Shown: piece after piece, positions 12,961 to 24,862 of the stretch
Layout: each line of letters begins with the position of its first letter
How positions within the stretch are numbered: the stretch's first letter is position 1
NCBI GenBank assembly: GCA_004431415.1
Contig: QPMI01000305.1
Location: 1 to 51,569, forward strand
Length of the DNA: 51,569 nucleotides
Reading direction: 5' to 3'
From: Cyanophora paradoxa CCMP329
Taxonomy: Eukaryota > Plantae > Glaucophyta
Made by a program: the position numbers and the translations under genes
Notes under the pieces: generated by a model
What the model saw: only the letters and a program-made list of their open reading frames with translations
The model's database searches: none
What the model was told of the DNA's origin: nothing

Positions 12961-14260
12961 GGCCGATAGCTGCTTACCAAGAGACGACTCTACGCGTCTC
13001 TGAGTGGCGGATTACAGAGCCTGTCGAGGCTCAACTTCGACCAGCAGCATCGCCGGATCCGCGCGACAAAGCGGCCACTTGTCTTCTGCGCAAATCAAGA
13101 GCATGTGTATCAGCAACATGATAGCGACAAACAAGGGCTCTCGCGGGGGTCGGAGCCCCGTGGGTGTTCCCACGGGACACTCTCGGGCGCCGGAAAGCCG
13201 GGAGCAGACGATTCCCATCAAAAGAGAATGAAAATATCTCACCGCCGGGCCTGTGGTCACTTTGCCGAACTCCCTTGCCTGGCGATGCACATTCAGAGCA
13301 GGGCGACGAGTGGATAGTGCGCGAAGAGCTATCGCTAGCAGCTGACTGAAATCGATCGAAGGACTGTGAGCGAAAGAGCCCTCATCTCTTGGGTCGCTTC
13401 GACCGTAGAATCGATCTATGCCCCAAATGCTGAATGCTATTGCAACGCGGTCACGCTGAACGAGAAGTTATCGGCCGTCTTGCCGAAAACGTGCTAGAAG
13501 CGGATTCCGGTTGTTTGAAGAGACCTATCGGTGTCCCGGGGGTTCGGAGGCGGGTGCCGGCGTCGCGTTTCGAAGACGCTTGGGTCGATGAAAAGCTATG
13601 CAACGTCACTAACGCGCCTACCTTTCGTGTTACCGGGTGCGGCTGTGCATCCGCCGAGCTGGCGGCGTGCTGCTCCGAAGGGGGGTACACCGTTGCAAAA
13701 AGGGGGGATCGGTGGGGCCGGGGGCACGTGAACTGCATTTTCCATAGGGCCGGGGTCTATAGCCGCAGTATAGCTTCCGAGTATATAAGCTCCTTCTCGG
13801 GCGCCTCGCCGCCGGCTCCTTACCAAAGCGACGGCTGCGATATATATAGCTTCTCTGGAGACTGGAGAGACACTGGAGGCACGTGTGAAGTTTGAACTTT
13901 GCACGAGGCGAGCTTGAGCTTGCAGCCTAGGGGTTTTGCGAGCAGGCCCAGCACGCGCAAGCTGCAGACGATCGGAATCATCGAACCTCGTTGTCTTCGG
14001 GTGCGGACGTATCGGCCCGGCGCCGGCGTACCTCATTGTCTTTCTGGCCGCGGTGCCCGGGCTCCCCGGAGTTCGATTCGTTGAGCTTCGCAGCCTCGCT
14101 GCACCTGCATCGAGCTCGGCAGTCGGCGCTCGATCGGTCATCAGCCGCAGACGCCACGACGCAGACGATCGGTACACGTTCGCACGCGTACGTGTCAGCG
14201 GTCTGCTGCTTTCGACAGCGCGGGCGTTTCGGCTCAGCGGTGAGCTGCGGGCATCGCTGA

Positions 14261-15232
14261 ATGGTCCAGTATTGGTGCGCTCGACGCAGAGCTACGCGGC
14301 GGCGCTTGCCACAGCTAACGCCGGTCGTGATCAGGTGCTACACGTTGCCCCCGCCGCCCGGCGAAGCAGGCGGAACTGGCGCTGGCGATGGCGCTGCGCC
14401 GCCCAAGCCGGAGATCCGCAAGTGTGTTCTTGCGGCGCCGGAAGGCCGAGCAACGCACTGGCAGTGGCACATCTTGGACGCCGCCTGCGAGTACATCGGG
14501 GGTGCTCTCCGTGTTGGCGCACGATTCTGAGTTGCCCCGACTTATTTTGGAGTTCCGGACAGAGATGTGTCGGGACGCGGATAAGACAGCAGTGCGCTGC
14601 CGAGCGCATGCAAGTGTATCACCGAATTTTCATACGTGTATCGACACGAATTCAGGGCATCGATGCGGATTTCCGCACCGAGCTGCAGCAGTGCCTTGGC
14701 CTCCTGCTGGAGTTCTCCAAGTCCGAGGCGCGTCCCCCAATCCTCGGAGCACTCGTTATGGTTCTCACGCCGGACGCTTAGGCGCCGACACCTCTAGACC
14801 TCATGGGGGCCACCGAGGGCACCTCAGAAGCTGCGGACCTTGGCGGGCGCCTGCAAGGGAGCATGGAGCGCGTGGGCCTCGGAGCCGCAGCGGCGCTCGC
14901 TTTCTCGAGCTGCACCTCGCCCCCCGCGGGTCCGGCTCCGCCCGCAGCTTGTCGTTCTGCGCGCGCGCACTCACATCCCTCTTGGTTAGATGCGGAGCGC
15001 CTCCTCGTCGAGCTCCGGAGGCTGCAGGTGAGCTCCCCTGCGCGCGCGTGCGGGGCTGCTCGAGCTCGAGCTCGGGCGCGCGGCTCGTCCAGGGGCCCGC
15101 TGCTCACCGCGCGCCGCCCGTCAGGTGTACATGCCGGAGAGGTCCTACATCGAGTCGCACATCGCACCCTTCCTGGAGAACGCCATCCGCGGGAAGCACA
15201 AGATGGAAGCGGACTTCGACCTCGACGACTGA
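14261..15232 (+). CDS. Hypothetical protein, multi-exon
   Basis: MVQYW|CYTLPPPPGEAGG...HWQWHILDAACEYIG|EMCRDADKTA|GIDADFRTELQQCLGLLLEFSKSE|APTPLDLMG...|VYMPERSYIESHIAPFLENAIRGKHKMEADFDLDD*. Introns have GT/GC donors, CTAAC/CTCAC branch sites and AG acceptors. No family recognised. Confidence 0.6.
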
Positions 15233-15579
15233 GGCATCGAAAGTGATTCGATCTCGAGTTTGGATGTATTTATATTGAGCTAGCTACCAGTCCTTGCACA
15301 AGTACTAGCTATAGTACGTACTCCTAGGCAGCGGCAGTTTAATTTCAATTCAGGACTTGGGACCCCGCGTACGGGAGTCTCCGCCGTCACCCGCGTGCAC
15401 TTAAGCGTCCTTGCGCAAGCTTGCACCCATGAACCAGTGGCCTGGCGCCGGCCATGCGCCAGCTGCAAGCGCGCCCCTGATTTCCCATACCCCGCGTCAA
15501 AACTCTCCCCCCGTCCGCATCCCGCGCGCATCGGCCACTGCGACCGTCCCTCTGCTTACCGAGGGGTTGAAATCGTAGC

Positions 15580-17011
15580 ATGTTCGCCACCGGAGCTGTT
15601 ATCCAGAGGCCCTCGCCGACGTCGGCGCGGACGTTGGCGCCGGCTGTTAACGTTGGTCTGGTGTGCCGGCCGGCTGGCCTGAGACGGCAACTGTCGCCTG
15701 GAATGCCTGTGAATAACGCGCCCGTACGGCGTATGCGCTCCTTCCATGCCGCCCCTGTAATGCAAGGTTCGCGTTGCCGCCGTCGGCTTTGGTTCTCGGG
15801 GCGGCGCTGGCTTAAACACATGGCACAGCCAAGGACGAGTCTTCTGAAGACTTTTTGCCCGGCGCCGTCGCCAAGGTGAGCGCCGCGGCGGTCCTTCGAA
15901 ATTATAGTCGGCGTCGCTCGTCCGGCCCGCAAAAGCCGCGTGTTTCAGGCAAATCGCCATGATCGTTTGAGTTTAAACAGCTGATATACGCGATGCGGCG
16001 CCGACGCCCTCCCTGGGCCGGCGCGGCCCGCTCATCCCCGCCCGCCGGGGCAGGTGGAGGCGCTGGACGCGCGGGCGACGGTGCGCGTGGTGGAGAGCCT
16101 GGGGGAGCAGCACATCCGGGTGGACGTGGCGACGGCGGGCGAGGAGCTCGAGCAGCTGCTGGCGCAGCTCGAGCACGAGGAGACGCGGGAGGACCTGGAG
16201 TACATCGCCGCCGAGCTCGACGCGTACGCCGACGAGGTCGTCGAGATGCTGCAGGACCCGGACGAGTCCATTCTGGACGCGCTCGAGGGGCTCAGCCCCG
16301 GCCTTGGGCGCCGCATCGCCGCGCGCGCCCTAACGGAGTACGCGCACCTGCGCCGCGAGCTCTTCCTGGGCGTGGCGAAGGAGGAGCCGGCGCGCATCGA
16401 CGCCGTCGTGGGCGCCGTCGAGCTCCAGACCCGCCTCGACAACCGCAGCCTCCTCCTCCCCGCCCTCCCCGCCCTCCTCTCCCTCCCCGCCTCCTACGCC
16501 TGGTGCGCCCCGCGCCCTGCGCCCCGCCCGCACCCCGCTCGAGGCCCGACGGGGCGGGCTGGCGGGGGCGCAGGCACTTGGCGACGCGGGCGGCGGAGAC
16601 GGCGCTGCTGGGCCCCGACGTGGCGCTGCTGCGGGACGCGGGCTACGCCTTCCCCTGGCTGGGCGCCGCCCTCCTCACCGCCGTCTGCTTCCCGGGCCTC
16701 CGTATCCTCGGCGAGCTCACCGGCGCGCCCGCCCCGCCCCGCCCCGCGTTGTTTCCCCGCCCCTGGCCTCCCTGACGACGGCTTCGGGGGCAGCGTCGTG
16801 GGAGCCGGGGCGGGAGGGGACGCTGCTGGGGGCGCGCGAGCTGAGCGAGAACCTGGCGACGGTGCGGCGGGCGCTCGCCGAGGAGGACCTCGCAGCGATG
16901 CCCCTCGGCCTCGCCGCCCGCCTCCGCCACTTCCTCCCCTTCCTCCTTCTCTTCGGCTTCCTCCCCCGCCCCGACGCCGACGCCGGCCGCAGCGACGGCG
17001 ACGAGTTCTGA
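15580..17011 (+). CDS. Hypothetical membrane protein with possible plastid transit peptide, multi-exon
   Basis: N-terminus MFATGAVIQRPSPTSARTLAPAVNVGLVCRPAGLRRQLSPG...RSFHAAPVMQ lacks acidic residues and is R/S/A-rich. Acidic helical exon 16054-16502, hydrophobic segments (FPWLGAALLTAVCFPG; FLPFLLLFGF), stop at 17009-17011. Junctions at 15876-16053 are uncertain. Confidence 0.5.
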
Positions 17012-17357
17012 CCGCTCCCGGCCGCGGGGCCCTGTCACAGTGTAATTTTCGGTCAAGTAGTGTACCTACTGTCCTATACTGTACTGTACTGTACCCTCCC
17101 TTTAGTCGTGTCTTTTTCCTGTACAGAGCAGCCTGGCAGCACCGCCTGCTCCCTCTCAGAGTCTTAGTGTCGATGTACTCTTTGTGTGCAGTTATCCTCA
17201 TAATACTTTTCTCCTATGTCACAGTGTGGCTGTAAATCTTGTCGAGATCATCGGATGTTCTGTGTAGTACTAGTGTGTCAAGTGTCGAGTATCATGTCGA
17301 CGTCATGCTTGCGCCCGGCTCATAATCAGCCTGGCAGCTCAGCCCGGCGGGTGCAGC

Positions 17358-20117
17358 CTACAGGAGGAGGGTCTCGAGGGCGGGGCTCTCGGCGAGCTCG
17401 AGGCGGGCGAGGCGGGGGCAGGCGGCGCGGGGGGCGGCGAGGGAGCGGAGGCGGGGGCAGCCGCCGGCCGCGAGCTCCTCCAGGCCCGGCGCGGCGGTCA
17501 CCTCGAGGGCGCCCAGCGCGGCGCTCTCCTGCAGGTCCAGCCGCCGCACCGAGGCGGGGAGGGCCAGGCGGAGGCGCCCGGCGAGGCCCGCGCAGGCGGT
17601 GGCGGCGAGGGCGCGGAGGGGCAGGCCGGCGGCGAGGAGGGCGCGGAGGGCGGCGGGGCCGAAGCGCGGCGCCCGGTGCACCTCGAGGGCCCGCAGCGGC
17701 GGCGCCGGCCCCGCGAACTCCACCCCCCGCAGCGCCTCGCACGCCCGCAGCTGCGCCCGCCGCGTCGGCCGGGGCGGGGCGAAGGAGGGAGGGAGGGGCC
17801 GGGGCGCACGCGGAGGACGGTGAGGGCGGGGCAGGCGAGGCGCGGGCCTCCAGGCCGGGGCACCCGCTCACCGAGAGCAGCGCCAGCGCCCCGTGCGACG
17901 CGCAGAAGTCTGGCCACGGGCGGGCCGGCGGGCGTGAGCGGGGCCGGCCGGCGCGGGGTGTGGCGAAGGGGCGGGGGCGGACCGGCGAGCCAGGCGTCGG
18001 TGAGGAAGGGGCAGCGTGCGAAGAAGGCGTGGCGGAGGGCGGGGGCGGGGGCGACGGAGGCGCGGGGCAGGGGCGGCGTGCCGGGCTCCGGGGGCAGGGC
18101 GACGTGGAGGGCGACAAGGCGGGGGCAGTCGAGGGCGAGGCGGGGCGGGAGGGGCGGCGCGGGGGGCCAGCGGCACATGGCGAGGTGGAGGTGCTCCAGC
18201 GCCGCGTGCCGCACGTGCAGCTCCGCGTCGGGCAGCCGCAGGCCGTACAGCCGCAGCGAGCGCAGACGGGGGAGCGAGGAGAGGGCCACCCTGGATCGGA
18301 AAGGTCGTCCGACCGCGGCGTCAGCGGTGCGTGCGATTGGGCGTCGGGCGCGGGCGGGGGGCACCAGAGGGCGGCGGCGGGGAGGGCGGGGCGTGCGGCG
18401 GGGCCCTCGTCGCCCCAGGGGGCGTCGCTGTCGAGGCCGAGCTCGAGGGTCTCGAGGGAGGGCGGCAGGCGGGCGAGGAGGCCCGCCCCGAACCGCTCCA
18501 CCCGCACCTCCCGCAGCCCGGGCACCCCGGCGAGCGACGCCTGCCGCCGGCCGGAGGCGTGTCGGCCAGAGAGGCGGGGGGCGGGGGCGGGCGGGGGGGC
18601 GGGCCTCGCAGGTGGGCCCCTCGACATGGAGGCGTTCGAGGAGCGGGCACGCCGCCACCGCCAGCGGGAGCGACGCCTGCTCCCGCCCCTCCACCTGCGC
18701 CCGTCTGACGGTCAGCGGCCCCGGCTGCTGCGGGGCCCGGGGGGCGTGCCCGGAGGAAGCGGAGGGCGGGGCAGGAGTCGACGCGGAGCTCGGTCATGGA
18801 GCCGCTCGCCAGCGCCAGCTCCTCCAGCCGCGCCCCGCGCACCCGCGGCGCCATCAGGCCCTCGCTGCCCGCCCCACCCCGTCCTCGTCAGCCGACCGCA
18901 ATCCTGACCGCGCCCTTCGGCGCAGGAAGCTAAGCCGGGAGAGACCTCGAGATGCGGACGATGCGGAGGCTGCAGGGCGGGCGCGGGCGGTGAGGCGAGG
19001 CCAGGAAGGCGACGGGGCGGGCGGGGCGGGGCGGGGCGGGGCGGACGGGGCGGCGGCGAGGGCGGCGGCGAGGGCGTCGTCCGACATGAAGCAGTCGCGC
19101 ACCTCGAGCTCCGCAAGCGCTGCCGCGGGCAGTCGGCCCGCAGGTTCCCTTGCGGCGGGGCAGGGCGGGGCGGGGCGGACCGGGGAGCTGGGCGAGGGCG
19201 GCGAGGTCGATGAGGCGGGCGCCCTCCTGCGGGTCCGCCGTGCTCGGCCAGTCCTCCGCCGCGTACGCGTCGCACCAGACCCGCAGCCGCCGCGCCCCCG
19301 GGCACAGCCGCGCCGCCTCCTGCATCACGCTGTGCGCGCTCACCGCCGCCGCCCGCCGCCCCGCGCGTTCGCGTCCACCTCGAGGCTCTGCACGCGCCCG
19401 GCGCCCGAGCGCAGCGCCCGCGCGAGGAAGCCGGCCTCCAGCGGCGCGTCCAGCGCAAGCTCCTCCAGCGCCGGCGCCACGCCTGCCGCCCGCCCGCGTC
19501 GGCGCTCGGCACTCGGCGCGGCGCTCGGCGCCTCCGGCCACCGCGCATGCGCACGAGCGATGGCGTCCGCAACGTCGTCAAGGTCGGCGTCCTCGGAGTC
19601 GACGCGAACGGTGAGGGCGCGCAGGCCGCCGAGGCCGGCCAGGAGGACGCCGAACGCGGCCGCCTCCATCGCGATCCTCTCCGAGACCAGCAGCCGCGAG
19701 GCGTTCGGGCAGAGCCGCACGAGCTCCTGGAGCTCGCCGTGCAGCTTCCGGTCCGGCCCGGGAGCCTCTCCACCGTCGTCCGACGCGCCGGCCCCGGCAA
19801 AGTCATCGCGCTCGTCCCTGCGCGTGCGCGGCGCATCGGTAGGCGTCGGAACAGGAACGGTCTCCGCACGCGCACAGCTGCAAGTCGAGCGTCTCCACCG
19901 CCTCCGGCTCGCGGATCGAGCGCGCGATTGACACGGCCGCTGCCACACCGCCAGCGTCGGCCGCGGAAATCGACCGCCACAGGTCGCTCGATAGGCAGAC
20001 TGCGCGCCATTCCTTGGATACACCACCGCATCTGATCAAGTCCACCGGCGCGAGGCGGCGAAGGACGCCGACAAGGATCGGGCGCGGCAGCGGCTGCTCG
20101 GCCGCGTGCTGGTCCAT
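17358..20117 (-). CDS. F-box/LRR (RNI-like) protein, multi-exon
   Basis: MDQHAAEQPLPRPILVGVLRRLAPVDLIRCGGVSKEWRAVCLSSDLWRSI is an F-box motif. Many LRRs follow (CPALTVL, CPRLVALHV, CPLLERLHV, CPRLRSL, ESPALETLLL*). Confidence 0.8.
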
Positions 20118-20368
20118 TTGAGCCGTTTCTGCCAGTCTGTGGGCGTGTACGCGCACAGCAGCCGGTCTGAGAAGGGGGGATCTAGAGCGAGCCAGGTCTA
20201 GGCCGAGCCTCGAAGGGGGGGTGCCGGTGCCAAGCAATTGCAAACGCGCGGCCACGAATGCGAAAAGTGGCGTGGTATTTACACAGCGTCCAAAAACGCC
20301 CTGGACTGCATCTAGCCATGCTGTACACGTGCGGAACTGCAGAACGACACTTGGCGAACGCGTCGTGC

Positions 20369-21117
20369 TCACTCGAACTCGAAGGCCTTGGAGGCCTGCG
20401 CAGGTGTAAGCCGCGCGCATGAGCGGAAGGCGCGTCTCGAGGCACCTCGTACAGCTCCTCGGGCCTCTCGTGCATGGAGAGGCGGCGCGCTGGGGGCGTC
20501 ATGTTCTCGTCGGAAGCCTTCATGAAAGCCTTGCGGATGTCTGCGGGCGCATTCAGCGCGCGCTTCGCCGAGAAATAAGAGCCAGAGCTCGCCCGTTTCG
20601 CGAGCCGTGTTCATGATGTTCTCTGAGCGAAAATGAGTTCCAATGCGCAAAAGAGATCGGCGAAATGCGAGCGTGACAAACCTGCGCCTTCGGACGCCGT
20701 CGGGAACTGCGGCGATTGGGGCCGAAAGGTGCACAAAAACGTCAGAAGGAGCGGCAAAACGCGCACTGTCGCGCCAGAGCGCGCGAGGAAGGAGAGAGGG
20801 GCGCCGCGCTCGGGCGCGCTTAGCGCTGGGCGGAGGCGTGGAACGATGATGCAAGACACGCGAGAGTCCGCCATAAATGCAGGGAATAGCAAGCACCTTG
20901 TTCGACTCGCCGCCTGCGGGAAAGGAGCGCGTCAGTGGAGAAAGAAATTGAGCGAGAGCGGCGAAAATGCTGCACCAGCGCCACCGAATCCGTGAAGCCA
21001 GCGCGCGGCGAAGCCCTCGGCGCGGCCGTGCGCCTCGCCCGCAACGTCGGACGCGCGCTTGGCCGTCTCTCCTGCGGCGTCGGAGGCGCGCTTGGCGGTG
21101 TCCTTTGTGCGGTCCAT
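20369..21117 (-). CDS. Small hydrophilic protein with LEA-like 11-mer repeats, multi-exon
   Basis: Model: MDRTKDTAKRASDAAGETAKRASDVAGEAHGRAEGFAARWLHGFGGA|GGESNK|FPTASEGA|ENIMNTARET|DIRKAFMKASDENMTPPARRLSMHERPEELYE|ASKAFEFE*. All junctions are GT/GC-AG and keep the frame. An alternative acceptor near 20826 would end it early. Confidence 0.5.
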
Positions 21118-21407
21118 CTCAAGCTCGTGCTCGCGTCGTGCAGCGAGAATGGGGCCGGGATCCAGCGGGAAGATCGGAGTACCCCACAGTCCTAGCCCGG
21201 GTACGACCTCCGCGTCGGTTTCGTTCGACCTCGCTCCCGCAGACCGCCGTTCGACCTCTCGAGGCGTCTTCTATCAGCCATGGGCGTCGCAGCGTCCCAG
21301 CTCGCCCCGCAGTTGTTCGGCATGACAATCGGCGAGGGCTGCCCACAGGAGCTCCGCGACTCCGGCTCAATCGGTGCGTGCGATTCCGCGGCCTTTGCCT
21401 TTCGACC

Positions 21408-22284
21408 ATGGCTCGCCGAGCTATCGCTGGGCTGACTGCGCGCGCGCGCAGTTGTCTGCAACCGCACCGAGAGCAGCCTGATTCTCGCTCAAGTTCTCAA
21501 GCCGGCTTCGCCGTTCCTCTCTCTTCGCACGGCTCGCCTAGTTCCGGGGGTCCGTCGTGGAATGCCCGCACCCGAGCGTCGCGCGCGAACTCACAGGCCT
21601 CCCCGCAGCGTTTCGTGCGTTTCCGGGTGAAGAAGGACAAGAACGCGCCGCCGATGCCCACGGAGCCGGGCGCGACGGCCGAGAAGCTCCCGCCCAGCAG
21701 CGGTGCCGGCCTCGCCGTCTCCGCCCAACCACCGCGCGTGCGCCTGACGCCGCGCAGGCTCTTACCAGGTCATCGCGAGCTCGCTCCAGGACGACACGTT
21801 CTCCCAGACGTGGTTCCCCGCCCAGGGCGGCGACATCTACGCCCTCGGCGCCGCCGCGAGCCCGCTCGGCCCCGAGGCCGCCCCCGGCAGCGAGGGCTGG
21901 AGCGAGGCGCACCCGCCGGCCCCGGCGCCCCCCGTCGATCCCTTCGCGCGCCCGACGGCGCCCCCGGCGGCCCCGCACCAGGAGCAGCGCCCGGCGCCGG
22001 CGCCGGCGCCGGCGGCGCCGGCGGCCGCGCCGTCGAGCGGGGGCAACAGCAGCGGGTTCGCGGCGAGCTTCTTCAAGCAGGTGCAGGGGCGGCGGAGCGG
22101 GGAGCGGGCGAAGCCGCAGCTGCCGTTCCAGCTGAAGCAGAAGGCGGACCTGCTCGGGCACGCCCTCCTCAACAAGGCCGGCCAGCTCCGCAACAGGGCC
22201 GCCGGCCACCTAGCCCTCGCCGCCCCCGGCCCCCGCCCCGCCCGCTCCGCCCGCCAGGGCCCCCGCAAGCTCGCCAGGAGCTGA
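21408..22284 (+). CDS. Hypothetical Pro/Ala-rich protein (start uncertain)
   Basis: ...RFVRFRVKKDKNAPPMPTEPGATAEKLPPSS, GT-AG intron 21703-21757, then GSYQVIASSLQDDTFSQTWFPAQGGDIYALG...LPFQLKQKADLLGHALLNKAGQLRN...RKLARS*, with coding-like GC3 bias. Confidence 0.5.
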
Positions 22285-22559
22285 GCTCGGCTGATCATGA
22301 GCTCTCTCCTTTCCCCCGCCCGCATGCGCCCCGCTCCGCGCGGATTTCGTTGCCCTTCGGTTCTTTGTAAATTGTCTATGGTAGATCGTAATAAGAATGA
22401 AGCGCAAGCTTGATATCGTTCGATAAGAAGCAGCCGCTCCCGTGGACCGAGCAAGCCTAAGCGGCTCCGGCGCTAGCCTAGTAGCGCTTGTACATGTGCT
22501 GCGGCTTCAAGGGCTTCGAGTTCCTCGGCGCGGCGGCCGCGGAGGCGGCGGCGGCGGGC

Positions 22560-24561
22560 TCAGGCGGTGTACTTGGCGAGGTTGCTGTCGCGGGCGCGCA
22601 GGCGGGCGCGCCAGGCGGGGGGCCCGCCGGCCCACGCGTCGAGGACGGTGCCGTTGAGGCGGAGGCGGAGGCGGGGCCGGGCGGCGAGGAGGGCGGCGAG
22701 GGCCTCGAGGAGGCCGGGGAGGGCGGCGCGGCTCCAGGGGAGGCCGAAGTCGGCCTGGAGGCGGAGGGCGGACAGGCGCGGGGCGGCACGCGCGAGGGCC
22801 GCCCCGTCGAGCCCCGCCAGCATCTCCGTGCGGCCGGGTTCCCCCAATGGGTGCCCGGCGAGGGTTAGGCTGCGAAGGGCGGGGAAGGGGGCGGGGCCCG
22901 GTGGCGCCGGCGGGGCGAGGAGGGCGCGGAGGTCGTCGGGCCCGAAGCCGATGATGCGGCGGAGCTCGAGGGCGCGGAGGGCGGGGAGGGAGCGGGCGGC
23001 GGCCTGCTCGGCGAGGGCGCGGCCGGGGGCGGCGGCCTGCGCGGCTCGGTTCGAGGAGAGGGCGACCTTCTCGAGGGCGAGGGCCTCGAGGGGCAGCGCC
23101 GCGAAGGAGGCCAGCGCCTCGATGCTCACGATCCCCGGGCCCACCAGGCGGAGGCGGCGGAGGCACGGCGCGCCCGCGGCGAGGGCGGCAAAGATCTCCG
23201 GGTGGGGAATCGCAGTGTACACTCCCGGGAATCCCTTGTCGGAAAGGTGCGCGGCGAGCTCGACGAGGCAGCGCAGGGCGCCCGGCGGGATCGGGAGGAC
23301 CCTCGAGGACGGCACGCTGCATCGGAGGCGCCGGAACGGCGGGGGCGCCCCTGGGGCAGCGGCCCGGAGGAGCTCCTCGAGGGGCAGGGATCCGAGATCG
23401 GACGTGGACAAGGTGGCAAACTCCAGCGAGTCGAGGTTGGGGGGGAGAGGCGGCACCAGGGGACCCCGCAGCAAGCTCCCGGGGTACGCGATGGCCGTGA
23501 GGTTCGGGCAAGCGGCCGACAGCTGCGCCGGCGAAGGCAGCTCCTGCGGTGCGGGAGACGTGGGCGGCGGGGCGCGGGCAGGGGGTCCGCGCGGGCAGGG
23601 GGTCGGGGCGGGGGCGGAGGCGCACGAACGTGAGTGACCACTCCGATTCCATGCGCAGCTCGCGCAGCGTCCCCTTGCAGGACGCCAGCCAGCCCAGCAG
23701 CGTCGTCCCGTCCATCCCTGTCGCGGCCGTCGGCCAGCAAGAGGACAGCCACAGCCGGGTGGGGCGACGGGGGGCGCACATGTCGTGTAGCCGACACCGA
23801 AGCGGAGGCGAAGCTCCTCGAGGTTTGGGCATTCGAGGCCGCCGACGCGCCCGCCGGCGATGCCGAGGTCGAGCCTCCGGGCGGCGGTGCGGATCGTGAG
23901 CTCGCGCAGGGGCCCGTCGGTGTCGGCGGGGATCACGATGCGCAGGCGCTCCAGGGGGCAGTGGGCCGCCTCCTCCAACAGATGCGCCACCCCGAAGCGC
24001 TTGATCGGGTGCCGGTGGAGGTCCGCGTGCAAGGAGACGATCTGCGGCGCGGCTGTCAGCGCGCGCGTGCAGCTCACGGCGAGCGCCGGCGCGCCGCTCG
24101 CCTGCTTCCGCAGCTGTTGCTTGCGGAGGAGGGACCGCAGCCACTTCGCGGAAACGTCGGGATGCGGCGAGAGGCAGAGGTGCAGCGGGAAGCGAGCCGA
24201 GTGCGCCTGCAGCTTGCATAAGAACCGCGCACGCTGGGGAGCTCGGGAAGCGCACGAGTGCATGGAACCGGCGACACGTCAAACTGATGCTGCTGAGGGC
24301 GCGGCCGTTGACGCGCGCGTCCTCGTCTTCTCCGTCGAAGAGGACGTACTGGAGGATGTGCAGGAGGAGCTCCTCGGGAAGATTGGACAGGAGGTCGTCC
24401 GATGCCGGCGGGTCGGGCAAGCGAGGCCGCTTCGGGGGCCGCGGGCGCTTCTCCTTAGCTCCACGTTTCTCGGCGGCGTCCTGTTGCTGCTGTGCGCGCT
24501 TCCGCGCCAGATCGAGCGGGCCCCCGAAGCAGCGCGGCGCCGAGCCTCCTGCAGCGCTCAT
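22560..24561 (-). CDS. F-box/LRR protein, multi-exon
   Basis: Basic NLS-like stretch (KRPRPPKRPRL), F-box (LLSNLPEELLLHILQYV...LSSISLTCRRFHAL), then LRRs (CPNLEELRL, CPNLTAIAY, LPALRALEL, FPALRSLTL). Stop at 22560-22562. Confidence 0.82.
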
Positions 24562-24653
24562 TCTGCGCTGCAGCCGCGGAGGAGATCAGCGCGGTCAATT
24601 GCATGGCGCGTACGAGAGAGAGCCCGTACGCACGAGAGAGCCCGATGTGGCGT

Positions 24654-24761
24654 TCTAGCGTTTCGCAGTTGCTTTCGAAAGCTTCGAATTCGGCGGCCGC
24701 GCCCAGCAAGAGGATGCGCACGTCCGAGGTGATGCTCTAGCGTTTCGCAGTCGCTTTCGAA
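24654..24761. repeat. 26-bp imperfect direct repeat in a divergent promoter region
   Basis: TCTAGCGTTTCGCAGT(T/C)GCTTTCGAA at 24654-24679 and 24736-24761 (1 mismatch), between the F-box gene and the protease gene. Confidence 0.85.
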
Positions 24762-24862
24762 CACTGCGGACGTCGACGCTTGACACTTTGGACCAGGGGG
24801 AGAGGGGGAAGAGCTCGAGGGGGCTACAGGCAGCAAAGGTTGCTGGACCGGCGGCGACGCAT

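Noticed and set aside
12961-14260. 1.3-kb intergenic region with ORF 13434-13895 and TATA-like runs
   Set aside because: No coding-type codon bias, recognisable domain or RNA-gene structure was seen; treated as divergent promoter/UTR DNA.
24654-24761. Repeat-spacer-repeat resembling a mini CRISPR array
   Set aside because: Only two copies, a 56-bp gap, no cas genes and a eukaryotic context.
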